DNA of 64,000 nt from Gammaproteobacteria bacterium. Its GTDB lineage: Bacteria > Pseudomonadota > Gammaproteobacteria > Enterobacterales > Alteromonadaceae. Both the position numbers and the translations under genes were made by a program. The stretch spans positions 79,688 to 143,687 of the forward strand of contig JAHJZX010000040.1 in the NCBI GenBank assembly GCA_018826295.1, given 5' to 3'. The notes under the pieces were generated by a model that was given only the letters and a program-made list of their open reading frames with translations, had not been told where the DNA came from and did no database searches. Shown here piece by piece: positions 9,557 through 17,794 of the stretch. Every line of letters starts with the position of its first letter. Positions within the stretch are counted from its first letter, which is position 1.

Positions 9557-10900
9557 ATGTACTTACCATCCCTTTTAGCGTTAAAACGCTGGCTGCAGAG
9601 CTTATTGCTTGTCGGCCTGAGTCTATCCGGCCAGGCTTTTGCGGATAGCTATGTTTTTATAACTAACTCTACGCCTGAAACGGTGCAAATTAACGTTGCT
9701 CAAACCGGTAGTAGCCGTTTAACCGCCGGCAGCCAATGGCAACAGGAAGCGACAGAAATTGCCCCTTATGCCACAGCCAGAGTGCTGGCATTTAACCGCA
9801 ATGTTGGTGTAAAAAACGGTAAAACCTATCAATTTGATACTCAAATCACCGCTGGCGGCTCTACTATTGTTGCCCGCCAGCAAATGACCGGCAATTGGGT
9901 TGGCAGCAGTATTAAGCACAGCATTACTACCACCGCCAATCAGGCGCCCTGGTTTACCGATCGCAACATACATCGTTATCAGGCACCTTATCAGAACCGT
10001 CTCAGCACTCAGGCTGTGGCAGCACAGTATACCGGCGGTTATGACGACTTTTACTACACCATTAGCAATCTGCCGCCACAGGAGCCGTTGGCCGGTGCCG
10101 ATAGCCTGAAAGTACTAACGTACAACATTTATGCCCTGCCATTGGTTGCCAGTGACATAGCTACGCGCCTGACCGAGCTGCCAGCTGCGCTAAAAGGTTA
10201 TGACGTGCTGTTTTTGCAGGAAGCTTTTTCAGCTGACAGCCCGGCGCTGTTACGTGCTTTGGCGGCAGAATACCCTTACCAGACCGAAATCCTGCGCGCA
10301 CCGTTGTCGGGCATTAATGTGTATAACGGCGGTGTAGTTATTGCCAGCCGCTACCCGCTGGGCGAAATAAGTTATCTGGTATACCCGGACTGCACCGGTA
10401 CCGATTGCTTTGCCGACAAAGGCTTTATCTACGCCGAAGTAATTAAACACGGCAAAGGCTATCATGTGGTAAACACCCATGCCGCCTCGTTTGATAGCGA
10501 CGCCGCCAGGCAGATGCGTCAGGCCCAGTTTAAGCTGATGCAACAGCATATTGCGGCCAAACCAATACCAGTGACAGATGCGGTTATCTATGGCGGCGAT
10601 TTTAATGTGAATAAACTACGCTTTGCCGACGACTATAGCCAGATGCAAGCTAACCTGGCTGCGGCAGTACCGGCTATCAGCGGTTATAGCGCAGCAACCT
10701 TTGACCCGCGGGTTAACCATTATGCCGCCAGCTACGACACAGTAGAATATCTGGATTACCTGGTGTACAGCACGGCGCACAAACAGCCCCGCTACGCGGT
10801 TAACGATGTACGGGTTTTTCGCAGTACCGGCGATGCATTGTGGCGAAAGTGGGATCTGTCCGATCATTTTGCCGTGCTGGCTGAGTTTCGCTTTGACTAA
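9557..10900 (+). CDS. Secreted sphingomyelinase C-like EEP phosphodiesterase with extra N-terminal domain
   Basis: TYNI, LQEAF, NTH, GGDFN, LDY and SDHF EEP motifs; signal peptide ending AFA. Confidence 0.85.
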   Translation: MYLPSLLALKRWLQSLLLVGLSLSGQAFADSYVFITNSTPETVQINVAQTGSSRLTAGSQWQQEATEIAPYATARVLAFNRNVGVKNGKTYQFDTQITAGGSTIVARQQMTGNWVGSSIKHSITTTANQAPWFTDRNIHRYQAPYQNRLSTQAVAAQYTGGYDDFYYTISNLPPQEPLAGADSLKVLTYNIYALPLVASDIATRLTELPAALKGYDVLFLQEAFSADSPALLRALAAEYPYQTEILRAPLSGINVYNGGVVIASRYPLGEISYLVYPDCTGTDCFADKGFIYAEVIKHGKGYHVVNTHAASFDSDAARQMRQAQFKLMQQHIAAKPIPVTDAVIYGGDFNVNKLRFADDYSQMQANLAAAVPAISGYSAATFDPRVNHYAASYDTVEYLDYLVYSTAHKQPRYAVNDVRVFRSTGDALWRKWDLSDHFAVLAEFRFD

Positions 10901-10948
10901 GTTCATTGCCCCGCGGTCTGCCAAACAACGGTCTGAGATCAGGACGAT

Positions 10949-11956
10949 ATGATGAAAAAATGCTTTGCGCTCGGTAGCATAACACTGCTTAGTGCAGCAC
11001 TGCTGTGGCAATACGCTTTTGCCCCGCCACAGCTAAGTGCAGCTGTAGCGCCATCCTCAATGCCAGTTGCAACGGTAATCAGCGCCACTGATAGCGTGGC
11101 GACACGCCAAAACCCTTCGCCGCACAAGGCAACCAAGCCGACTGACGAGCGTATTGCTGGCAGACAACAGCGTCAGCAAGCGGAAATCGAGGCGGCGTTG
11201 CAACAAATGCACAAGCAAATTAAAGGACAAAATCTGCAGCAGTGGCTACACCAATTTTGGGCTGATTGCCAAAACGCCGGGCCGCAGCAATGTCTGCAAA
11301 CACTGGCTTTGTATCAACAGCAACTGACTACAGCAGAGGCGGCCTGGTTACAACAGTTGCTGGCGCAATATCATGACTATCAGCAGTTGCTTGCTGAGCT
11401 GGTGCTGGATAACAATTTGGATAAACCAACACAATACAATGAAGTAAGAAAATTACGACAGCGGTTATTTGCAGAAGACTACAGCAAGTTGTTTGGCCGG
11501 GAGCAGCAGTTTGCCGAACAGCAATTTGCCTTAGGCCAGTTATTGGCGCAGCGTGAGCAGTTAGATGCGGCACAGCGGCTGGATGCCCTGTTTGCTCAGC
11601 AACAACAGCTGGCACCGCAGCTGCAGCCATTGCTAAGTGCCGATCTGTTGTATCAGCAAGCGTTGGATATGCTGACAGACTTACCCGACAGCGAACGTCA
11701 GGCTTTTATACCACAGCTACAGCAACGCTATTTTGGTGCTGACGCTGAGCAAGTAGCACAGCACGAAGTCCGCCAGGCCGGGCAACAACAACAGCGTGAG
11801 CTCTACCTGCAACAGCGTGCGCTGTTGCAACAACAATATGCCAACCTGAAGCAGCAATTACTGGCCGATAACGCCAGCGCCAGCCAGCTACAGCGGTGGC
11901 AACAAGAATACGCCGCTGCGCTGGCGCAACTCAGGCAGCAACACTTCGGCTCTTAG
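10949..11956 (+). CDS. Membrane-anchored helical protein, lipase-foldase/secretion-chaperone-like
   Basis: N-terminal TM, Ala/Pro/Ser linker, Gln/Leu-rich helical body, RQRLF...LFGRE and QRYFG motifs. Confidence 0.6.
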   Translation: MMKKCFALGSITLLSAALLWQYAFAPPQLSAAVAPSSMPVATVISATDSVATRQNPSPHKATKPTDERIAGRQQRQQAEIEAALQQMHKQIKGQNLQQWLHQFWADCQNAGPQQCLQTLALYQQQLTTAEAAWLQQLLAQYHDYQQLLAELVLDNNLDKPTQYNEVRKLRQRLFAEDYSKLFGREQQFAEQQFALGQLLAQREQLDAAQRLDALFAQQQQLAPQLQPLLSADLLYQQALDMLTDLPDSERQAFIPQLQQRYFGADAEQVAQHEVRQAGQQQQRELYLQQRALLQQQYANLKQQLLADNASASQLQRWQQEYAAALAQLRQQHFGS

Positions 11957-12381
11957 TGCTGCGGTTCACCCGCGCTTGCCGGTTCAGTAACAAACCCCAG
12001 CTGGCTAATGCCTAATTGCTGCGCCAGCGCCATAACCGTTAGCACATGCTGATACTGCACCGCTTTATCAGCCATTAGTTGCAGCGATGCTTGCTGTGGC
12101 TGCGCAGCAACCTGCCGCAACCGTTGCTGCAGTTGCGCCGCAGTAACCACCTCGCTGCCCCACAGTACAGTGCCATCGCGCAGTACGCTAATGGCAATAC
12201 TGTCAGGTTGTGTTACCGCAGGCTTGGCGCTGGTTTGCGGCAACTGTACCAAAACCGATTGCGTTAACACCGGCATGGTTATCATAAAAATGATCAACAG
12301 CACCAGCATTACATCCACCAGCGGTGTCATATTAATTTCACTGATGACGTCGTCATCGCTGCTGTCAGGCGAAAACGTCAT
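11953..12381 (-). CDS. exbD: ExbD/TolR family protein
   Basis: EINMTPLVDVMLVLLIIFMIT motif; ADK..Y..V. Confidence 0.93.
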   Translation of the reverse strand: MTFSPDSSDDDVISEINMTPLVDVMLVLLIIFMITMPVLTQSVLVQLPQTSAKPAVTQPDSIAISVLRDGTVLWGSEVVTAAQLQQRLRQVAAQPQQASLQLMADKAVQYQHVLTVMALAQQLGISQLGFVTEPASAGEPQH

Positions 12382-13109
12382 TACGCCCGCTCCTGTTTAT
12401 TCGTTAGCACACTCACATTCGCTTTAGGCGCAGCACCGGTAAGAAAATACGCATGCAACTGATGAGCAAAGCGGTTAAGCCGGGTAATCACACCTTTGTT
12501 GGCGCGCTGCAATGCGTTGTAGCCCAGTACCGCCGGTATCGCTACCGCCAGACCGACTGCGGTCATGATCAGCGCTTCGCCAACCGGGCCGGCGACTTTA
12601 TCAATACCCGCCTGGCCCGATACGCCTATGCTAACCAGCGCATGATAAATACCCCACACAGTGCCAAATAAGCCGATAAAGGGCGCGGTTGAGCCCACCG
12701 ATGCCAACACCGGTAACCCCCGTTGCAGTTGCTGCACATTATCGTCAATGGCATTGCGCAAGCAGGCGCTGAGCCAGTCGTTTAAGCTTAGCTGACCGTG
12801 CAAGTCGGCTTTATGCAGCCGGTGATGATCTACTGCGGCCTGGCCTTGTTCGGCCAGGACGCGATAAGGGCTGTTGCTGTTATTCGGTTGCAGCAACTGC
12901 AGGCCTTCAGCAAAGCTTTGCGCATGCCAGAAATCGCGCGACGCTTTGCTGGCCGGGCGTAAACGCCAAAGTTGCAAACTACGCCAGATAATAACGCTCC
13001 AGCTGGCTACCGACATCAGCAGCAACAACAGCGCCACGGTTTTAATCACCCAATCACTTTGCGCCCACAGTGCCGCCATGCCATAGGGGTTGTCTGTTAA
13101 TGCTGTCAT
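12381..13109 (-). CDS. exbB: ExbB/MotA/TolQ proton channel protein
   Basis: STAPFIGLFGTVWGI and EALIMTAVGLAVAIPA motifs. Confidence 0.93.
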   Translation of the reverse strand: MTALTDNPYGMAALWAQSDWVIKTVALLLLLMSVASWSVIIWRSLQLWRLRPASKASRDFWHAQSFAEGLQLLQPNNSNSPYRVLAEQGQAAVDHHRLHKADLHGQLSLNDWLSACLRNAIDDNVQQLQRGLPVLASVGSTAPFIGLFGTVWGIYHALVSIGVSGQAGIDKVAGPVGEALIMTAVGLAVAIPAVLGYNALQRANKGVITRLNRFAHQLHAYFLTGAAPKANVSVLTNKQERA

Positions 13110-13885
13110 GGTTTCACTCCTTCAGTTAAGGAAAACTCCAGCCGCTGCCGGTAACGGTAATCTATTGCCTTGCCAGCACGCTGCGCCGGTTGATAACGCC
13201 AGTGCTTTACCGCTAACAACGCGGCTTTATCTAACCGGGCGTAACCACTGCTTTGTTGCACCCTGACATCTGCTACCTTGCCGCTGGCTAGCACCGTTAG
13301 CTCCAGCACTACCGTGCCCTGCTCGCGCAATTTGCGCGATAACTGCGGATAGTGCGGTGGCGCATTAAAGTGAGCACTGGCATTTACCAGCGGCGCAGAT
13401 ACCGGCACGGCGCTGGCCGCGGCATTGTCTATTGCCGCACCAGCGCTCTGAGCCACTGCTTCGGTTTTAGTTACAGCTGCAACCTGATGGCTAGCCGCTG
13501 TAGCTGATGGCACCGGCTGCGTTAATGGCTTAGTAGCAGCCTTAGCCGGCTCGTTAGCTTTAACGCTGACCGGTTTCACCTTGTGCTGTGGTGGTGATGG
13601 CTGTTGCTGCGGCGGCATCTGTTGCTTCTCCTGCTCGGGCGGTTTGGCTTGGGTTGGCGTTTGCGGTGCGGTAGCGGCAGCCTGTGACGCGGCTTGTTGT
13701 AGCAAGACCCCGGTTAACAGCGGCGGCTTAATGGCTGTGGGATTACTGTGATTTATGCTCAGATACCACAATAACGGCACTAAATGGGCGCTTAAAACTG
13801 CCGTTAGCGTCAGCAAAAAGCCTCCTGCTTTAACAGCAGGAGGAAGGCTGTGCGCCAGCGGTTGCATAGCGGCGGGAGAAAACAC
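13106..13885 (-). CDS. tonB: TonB energy transducer
   Basis: N-terminal TM, Pro-rich linker, YP..R..G.V, SSG...LD.AA C-terminal domain. Confidence 0.92.
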   Translation of the reverse strand: MFSPAAMQPLAHSLPPAVKAGGFLLTLTAVLSAHLVPLLWYLSINHSNPTAIKPPLLTGVLLQQAASQAAATAPQTPTQAKPPEQEKQQMPPQQQPSPPQHKVKPVSVKANEPAKAATKPLTQPVPSATAASHQVAAVTKTEAVAQSAGAAIDNAAASAVPVSAPLVNASAHFNAPPHYPQLSRKLREQGTVVLELTVLASGKVADVRVQQSSGYARLDKAALLAVKHWRYQPAQRAGKAIDYRYRQRLEFSLTEGVKP

Positions 13886-16191
13886 TAGAAAACGTAGCTA
13901 ATGGCCAGTTTGGCGTAACGGCCTGGTTCGCTGTAACGCTGCAAACCTTCGCCGCCTGGCAACACGCCACCACGCACGCCGCTACCGACCCAGTTAGTAA
14001 CAAAGCGCACCCGCTGCCATTGGTAATATTCTTCGTCAAACAGGTTATAAATACCGGCACTTAAGCGCCACTGCGGGCTGATATCATAGTTGGCCATTAG
14101 GTCCACCACAGTGTAACTGTCAGTCAGGTAGGGGTAAGTTGCAGCAGCAGTGCCATCGGCGTTGTAAGCGTCTTTAGCTTTTTTCGCCGCGCTGTGGCTA
14201 ATGTTCGCCATCAGATCCCAGTTGGCGCCATCGTAACGCAGACCCAAAACAGCAGAGGCCGGATTAACACTACGCAGTGGCTCACCGTCCTGGGTTTCGC
14301 CGTCGTTATAAGACAGCGCCAGGCGCGAACTCACGGCAGCGCTAATGCGCCAACCGGCCTCCAGCTCGATGCCTTTAACATCGGCTTCGCCGGTATTGGC
14401 CATAGTGGTATATGGGTTGCCGAGAGATTCGGTACAAACACCGCGGAAGCAACTTTCGTATACGGTGTCCGGGTTTTGCAGCAGCACCAGGCTATCAATC
14501 ATATCGCTGTATTGGTCATTAAATACCGACAGCCCCAACAGTAAGCTATCGCTTTGGTAGCGGTAACCGGCTTCCAGATTAAGACTGCGCTCGGCGTTGA
14601 GATCCGGGTTAGCGATACTGCCCAGCAAGCCTTCTACTACTAAACCCGATGCTTTTTCAGTACGGCTAACCAGTGACGTTGGTGCATACATTTCAGCCAC
14701 TGTTGGCGCGCGAAAGCCCCGTCCGGCTTGCAGCCACAGCTGCTGCGTACTGTCTAGCTGATAGGTCAGATTGCTTTGCCAGGTAAAGGCGGAAAAATCG
14801 ACAGCGGCAACGGTTTGCGTGTTGTCGTTAAATTGCGCATCAAATTTCGGTTGGTACTTAAGGCCGTCAAAACGGCCGCCGAGGCTTAAGGTCCAGCGTG
14901 GTGTCAGCTTAATTACGTCGCGGGCATACAGACTTAACGCCGTGACGTCAGTTTCTGGTACCTGGTCCGGATCTACTACCGGCGGGCTGGCCAGTTCGCC
15001 GGTTTCACCAATATAGCGTCGGTCTATAGCAGAAAATTCAACATTGCGCCGCTCGGCGGCAATGCCATACAGCCATTGTTGCTGCACGCTGTCACCCAGC
15101 AGCTCTTTCTCCAACGCCACGGCCAGCTTTAACTGCTGCTGTTTAAAATCCCGGTCTTCACTGCGCAGACAAGGCGATACGCCGCCGTTGGTTGCGCCGC
15201 TGCAGCCGGTGGTTAGCATAGTGGTGACGCCATTCGTGTAGTTGGTCTGATAATCCACAGTGGCATTGACACTGTCGGCAAAGCTACGCGCTGCCAGCCA
15301 ATCGTATTGCAGGCCCAAGCGTTTGCGTTCAATTTCATCATCACCGCGGCGCGATAAATACACGCTGTCCAGTCGGGACTGGTTATCCAGCTCGCTGTTT
15401 TGGCTAAAGTATTCGCCAACCCAACCCAGCCGCTGGCTGTCAGTTAGCTGATATTGCAACTTGGCCAGCACATTGTTGCTGCCATAATCCAGCGGATCAG
15501 CCACGGTACGGCCGGCACCACTGATATTGGCACCGGAGCGCGCTGTTTTGGTTTCACTGCCGTCACGACGGGTAAACACCAGCAGCGACTCCAGCTTATC
15601 GCTGCGGTTGGCGACTGTGGTACTGAACAGGGTTTCATTATTTAAACCGCTAAAACCGGCTTTCAAAGCCAGATGGCTGTCATTGCCCTGAGCCGCCAGA
15701 TAATCGGCCGGATCTTTAGTGACAAACAACACGGCACCGGCTAAAGCACCGCTACCCGCGGCAATGGCATCAGCGCCTTTGATAATTTCTACCTGCTTTA
15801 GCGCATCCATATCGACGCCACCGCGGGCCGAGCGGAAAAACTCATAGGCAACAAAGCTTGGCGGGTCCAGCGTTTCACCCAGTGATAAGCCGTCTACGGT
15901 AATGGCCACCCGGTCGCCGTCCAGGCCGCGGATATTAAAGCCGTTACTGCCAAAGCGGCCCATATCGGTAGTGGTAACGCCAGGTACAAAGCGCACCACA
16001 TCAGCAATATTTTGTACCTGTTGCTGCTGCAAGTCAGTGGCGCTAAGCTGCTGGCTTTGCTTGCTGTTAGCCTGGCTCAGTGGTGCCTGCGCCGTTACCG
16101 ATACGGTATCCAGCTCGGGGGTGGCCGTGTCTGCCAGCAGGGGTAAAGCCATGGCATGGCTGATGGCCAGCGCCAGTAAGGTGTACTGCAT
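13885..16191 (-). CDS. TonB-dependent receptor (haem/haemoglobin-receptor-like family)
   Basis: TonB box DTVSV, plug NIRGL, FRAP and NPDL motifs, C-terminal YVF. Confidence 0.9.
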   Translation of the reverse strand: MQYTLLALAISHAMALPLLADTATPELDTVSVTAQAPLSQANSKQSQQLSATDLQQQQVQNIADVVRFVPGVTTTDMGRFGSNGFNIRGLDGDRVAITVDGLSLGETLDPPSFVAYEFFRSARGGVDMDALKQVEIIKGADAIAAGSGALAGAVLFVTKDPADYLAAQGNDSHLALKAGFSGLNNETLFSTTVANRSDKLESLLVFTRRDGSETKTARSGANISGAGRTVADPLDYGSNNVLAKLQYQLTDSQRLGWVGEYFSQNSELDNQSRLDSVYLSRRGDDEIERKRLGLQYDWLAARSFADSVNATVDYQTNYTNGVTTMLTTGCSGATNGGVSPCLRSEDRDFKQQQLKLAVALEKELLGDSVQQQWLYGIAAERRNVEFSAIDRRYIGETGELASPPVVDPDQVPETDVTALSLYARDVIKLTPRWTLSLGGRFDGLKYQPKFDAQFNDNTQTVAAVDFSAFTWQSNLTYQLDSTQQLWLQAGRGFRAPTVAEMYAPTSLVSRTEKASGLVVEGLLGSIANPDLNAERSLNLEAGYRYQSDSLLLGLSVFNDQYSDMIDSLVLLQNPDTVYESCFRGVCTESLGNPYTTMANTGEADVKGIELEAGWRISAAVSSRLALSYNDGETQDGEPLRSVNPASAVLGLRYDGANWDLMANISHSAAKKAKDAYNADGTAAATYPYLTDSYTVVDLMANYDISPQWRLSAGIYNLFDEEYYQWQRVRFVTNWVGSGVRGGVLPGGEGLQRYSEPGRYAKLAISYVF

Positions 16192-16210
16192 AGGTTTCTC
16201 CTGGCGGGCC

Positions 16211-16825
16211 TTAGTTACTATTGGTCGTGTTGGTAATGGTACGGGCGATTTGTTGGTCTAACCGGCCGGCAAACTCACTGACATACTCGTCGTAGCTGAG
16301 CACGCCATCACGATTGCTATCGACAGCGGCAAACTGGCTGGACCGGCCCTGCTCATATTCAACGCGGCTGATCTGGCCATCATTATTGCTGTCGTACATT
16401 GCCAGCATGCCCTGTACCGAATGGGTGGTTGGCATTTTCAGCAGTCGCTCAGGGCGTGGCGCAGTACCGGTCTGCGCTTGCTGTTGCTGCCGGGTTTGCT
16501 CGGTACGGGTATCTTCACCGCGTGGCTCAGGCTTAGGGTCGGCAGCCGATAACACGCCATCTTTATCGGTGTCCATCCGCTCAAAAGCGCGCTCACCAGA
16601 GCGGTTAAACTCGGCCCGGCTGATATAGCCATTTTCATCTTTATCCAGGGCATTAAAGCGCACATGGGTCTGGCGTAAATGGCCGGCGCGCTCGCCTGCC
16701 AGTTGTTGCTGCTGTGCCACACTCAGTGCGCTGGCAGTTGGTGCGGCTTTAGTACTGCAACCGGCCAGATAGGCGCTGCTGATGGCCAGAAACAGGCTGA
16801 TTGCAAGTTTGGGTTTATTCATCAT
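16211..16825 (-). CDS. EF-hand lipoprotein (four EF-hand loops)
   Basis: Lipobox LAGC; DKDENGYISRAEF, DTDKDGVLS, DSNNDGQISRVEY, DSNRDGVLSYDEY. Confidence 0.85.
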   Translation of the reverse strand: MMNKPKLAISLFLAISSAYLAGCSTKAAPTASALSVAQQQQLAGERAGHLRQTHVRFNALDKDENGYISRAEFNRSGERAFERMDTDKDGVLSAADPKPEPRGEDTRTEQTRQQQQAQTGTAPRPERLLKMPTTHSVQGMLAMYDSNNDGQISRVEYEQGRSSQFAAVDSNRDGVLSYDEYVSEFAGRLDQQIARTITNTTNSN

Positions 16826-16844
16826 GTTCTCCTTTATTGCGTAT

Positions 16845-17642
16845 TTATTCCGTCACTTCCAGCACAACGCTGTAGGTGTAGCTATAGGTAGGCACACTGG
16901 CGGTGTCAGGCGCCGCGGTGCGGTAGCGGCTTACCAGAAAATAGGTGCCGGCGTGCTGCGGTTGAAAGCTGATCACGCCATCGCTGTCACTGTTTAGGCT
17001 GGCTGTTACTTTTTCATCGTCAGCACCTTTAACTACCTGGTACAACTTCACTTCCTGGCTGGCCAGTGGCGCGCCGTTAAACAGCAAACGGGCGCGCACT
17101 GTGCTGTCGCTGTACAGATCGTTAGGATGTGTTAAGAATGCCAGCTCCAGCGCCTCATTCGTGGCGCTGACAGCCGCCTGATCCGGTGCGCCTTTGCTGA
17201 CATAAGTTTCGGCCCGGGTTACCGCCTGAAAATGGGCGATAGATTTTGCCCCTTCTGGTAATACAAAGTTTTCATCCCGGCTGCTTTTGCGCTCGCCGTT
17301 GTGCTCATAGGTATGAAACACTGCGCCATAGCGCAGGCCGGTACTAAAGCGATAGGTGCCGTCAGCCTCAATTTTGTGTTCGGCGGTGGCACGGGTCTGG
17401 CCATAGTGCACCGCCAGCAATGGCGTAGTTTGCCCCTCTGGGGTACGCACGGTAAAACTGCTGTTATTAAATGCCGCCTCGGGGACAAAAAACCTGTCGG
17501 CAAAGGCCGCATCCAGGCTTACCCAACCGCCACGCACTGGCTCAAAACTGGCCGGGTTTAAATAAGGCACATGGGCCAGCGCAGTGAAATTGCTTGCCAG
17601 TAGTGCACTAGCAAGTACGGTCGATTTAACTGAAACAGACAT
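16845..17642 (-). CDS. DUF4198 family periplasmic protein
   Basis: Signal peptide ALA followed by His; AKTY-like AETYV, LLFNGAPL and SD.DG motifs. Confidence 0.8.
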   Translation of the reverse strand: MSVSVKSTVLASALLASNFTALAHVPYLNPASFEPVRGGWVSLDAAFADRFFVPEAAFNNSSFTVRTPEGQTTPLLAVHYGQTRATAEHKIEADGTYRFSTGLRYGAVFHTYEHNGERKSSRDENFVLPEGAKSIAHFQAVTRAETYVSKGAPDQAAVSATNEALELAFLTHPNDLYSDSTVRARLLFNGAPLASQEVKLYQVVKGADDEKVTASLNSDSDGVISFQPQHAGTYFLVSRYRTAAPDTASVPTYSYTYSVVLEVTE

Positions 17643-17652
17643 TGCAGCTCCT

Positions 17653-17671
17653 AATGATAATAATTCTTATT
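17653..17671. promoter_or_regulatory. Fur box (proximal) of the DUF4198-TBDT operon
   Basis: AATGATAATAATTCTTATT, 16/19 to consensus. Confidence 0.75.
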
Positions 17672-17713
17672 AACAATCGAGCGGCACTTTAAAGTAAACC
17701 CTAACCAGATGCA

Positions 17714-17732
17714 AATGATAATTGATCTTATT
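17714..17732. promoter_or_regulatory. Fur box (distal, weaker)
   Basis: AATGATAATTGATCTTATT, 14/19 to consensus. Confidence 0.55.
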
Positions 17733-17747
17733 TGTGTTGTTGGCAAT

Positions 17748-17774
17748 AAAAAACCGGGCGTGATGCCCGGCTTT
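17748..17774 (-). terminator. Intrinsic terminator after ptrB
   Basis: CCGGGC-N5-GCCCGG stem with T tract on the minus strand. Confidence 0.75.
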
Positions 17775-17794
17775 GCACAGTAAGGAGTGTTGCC

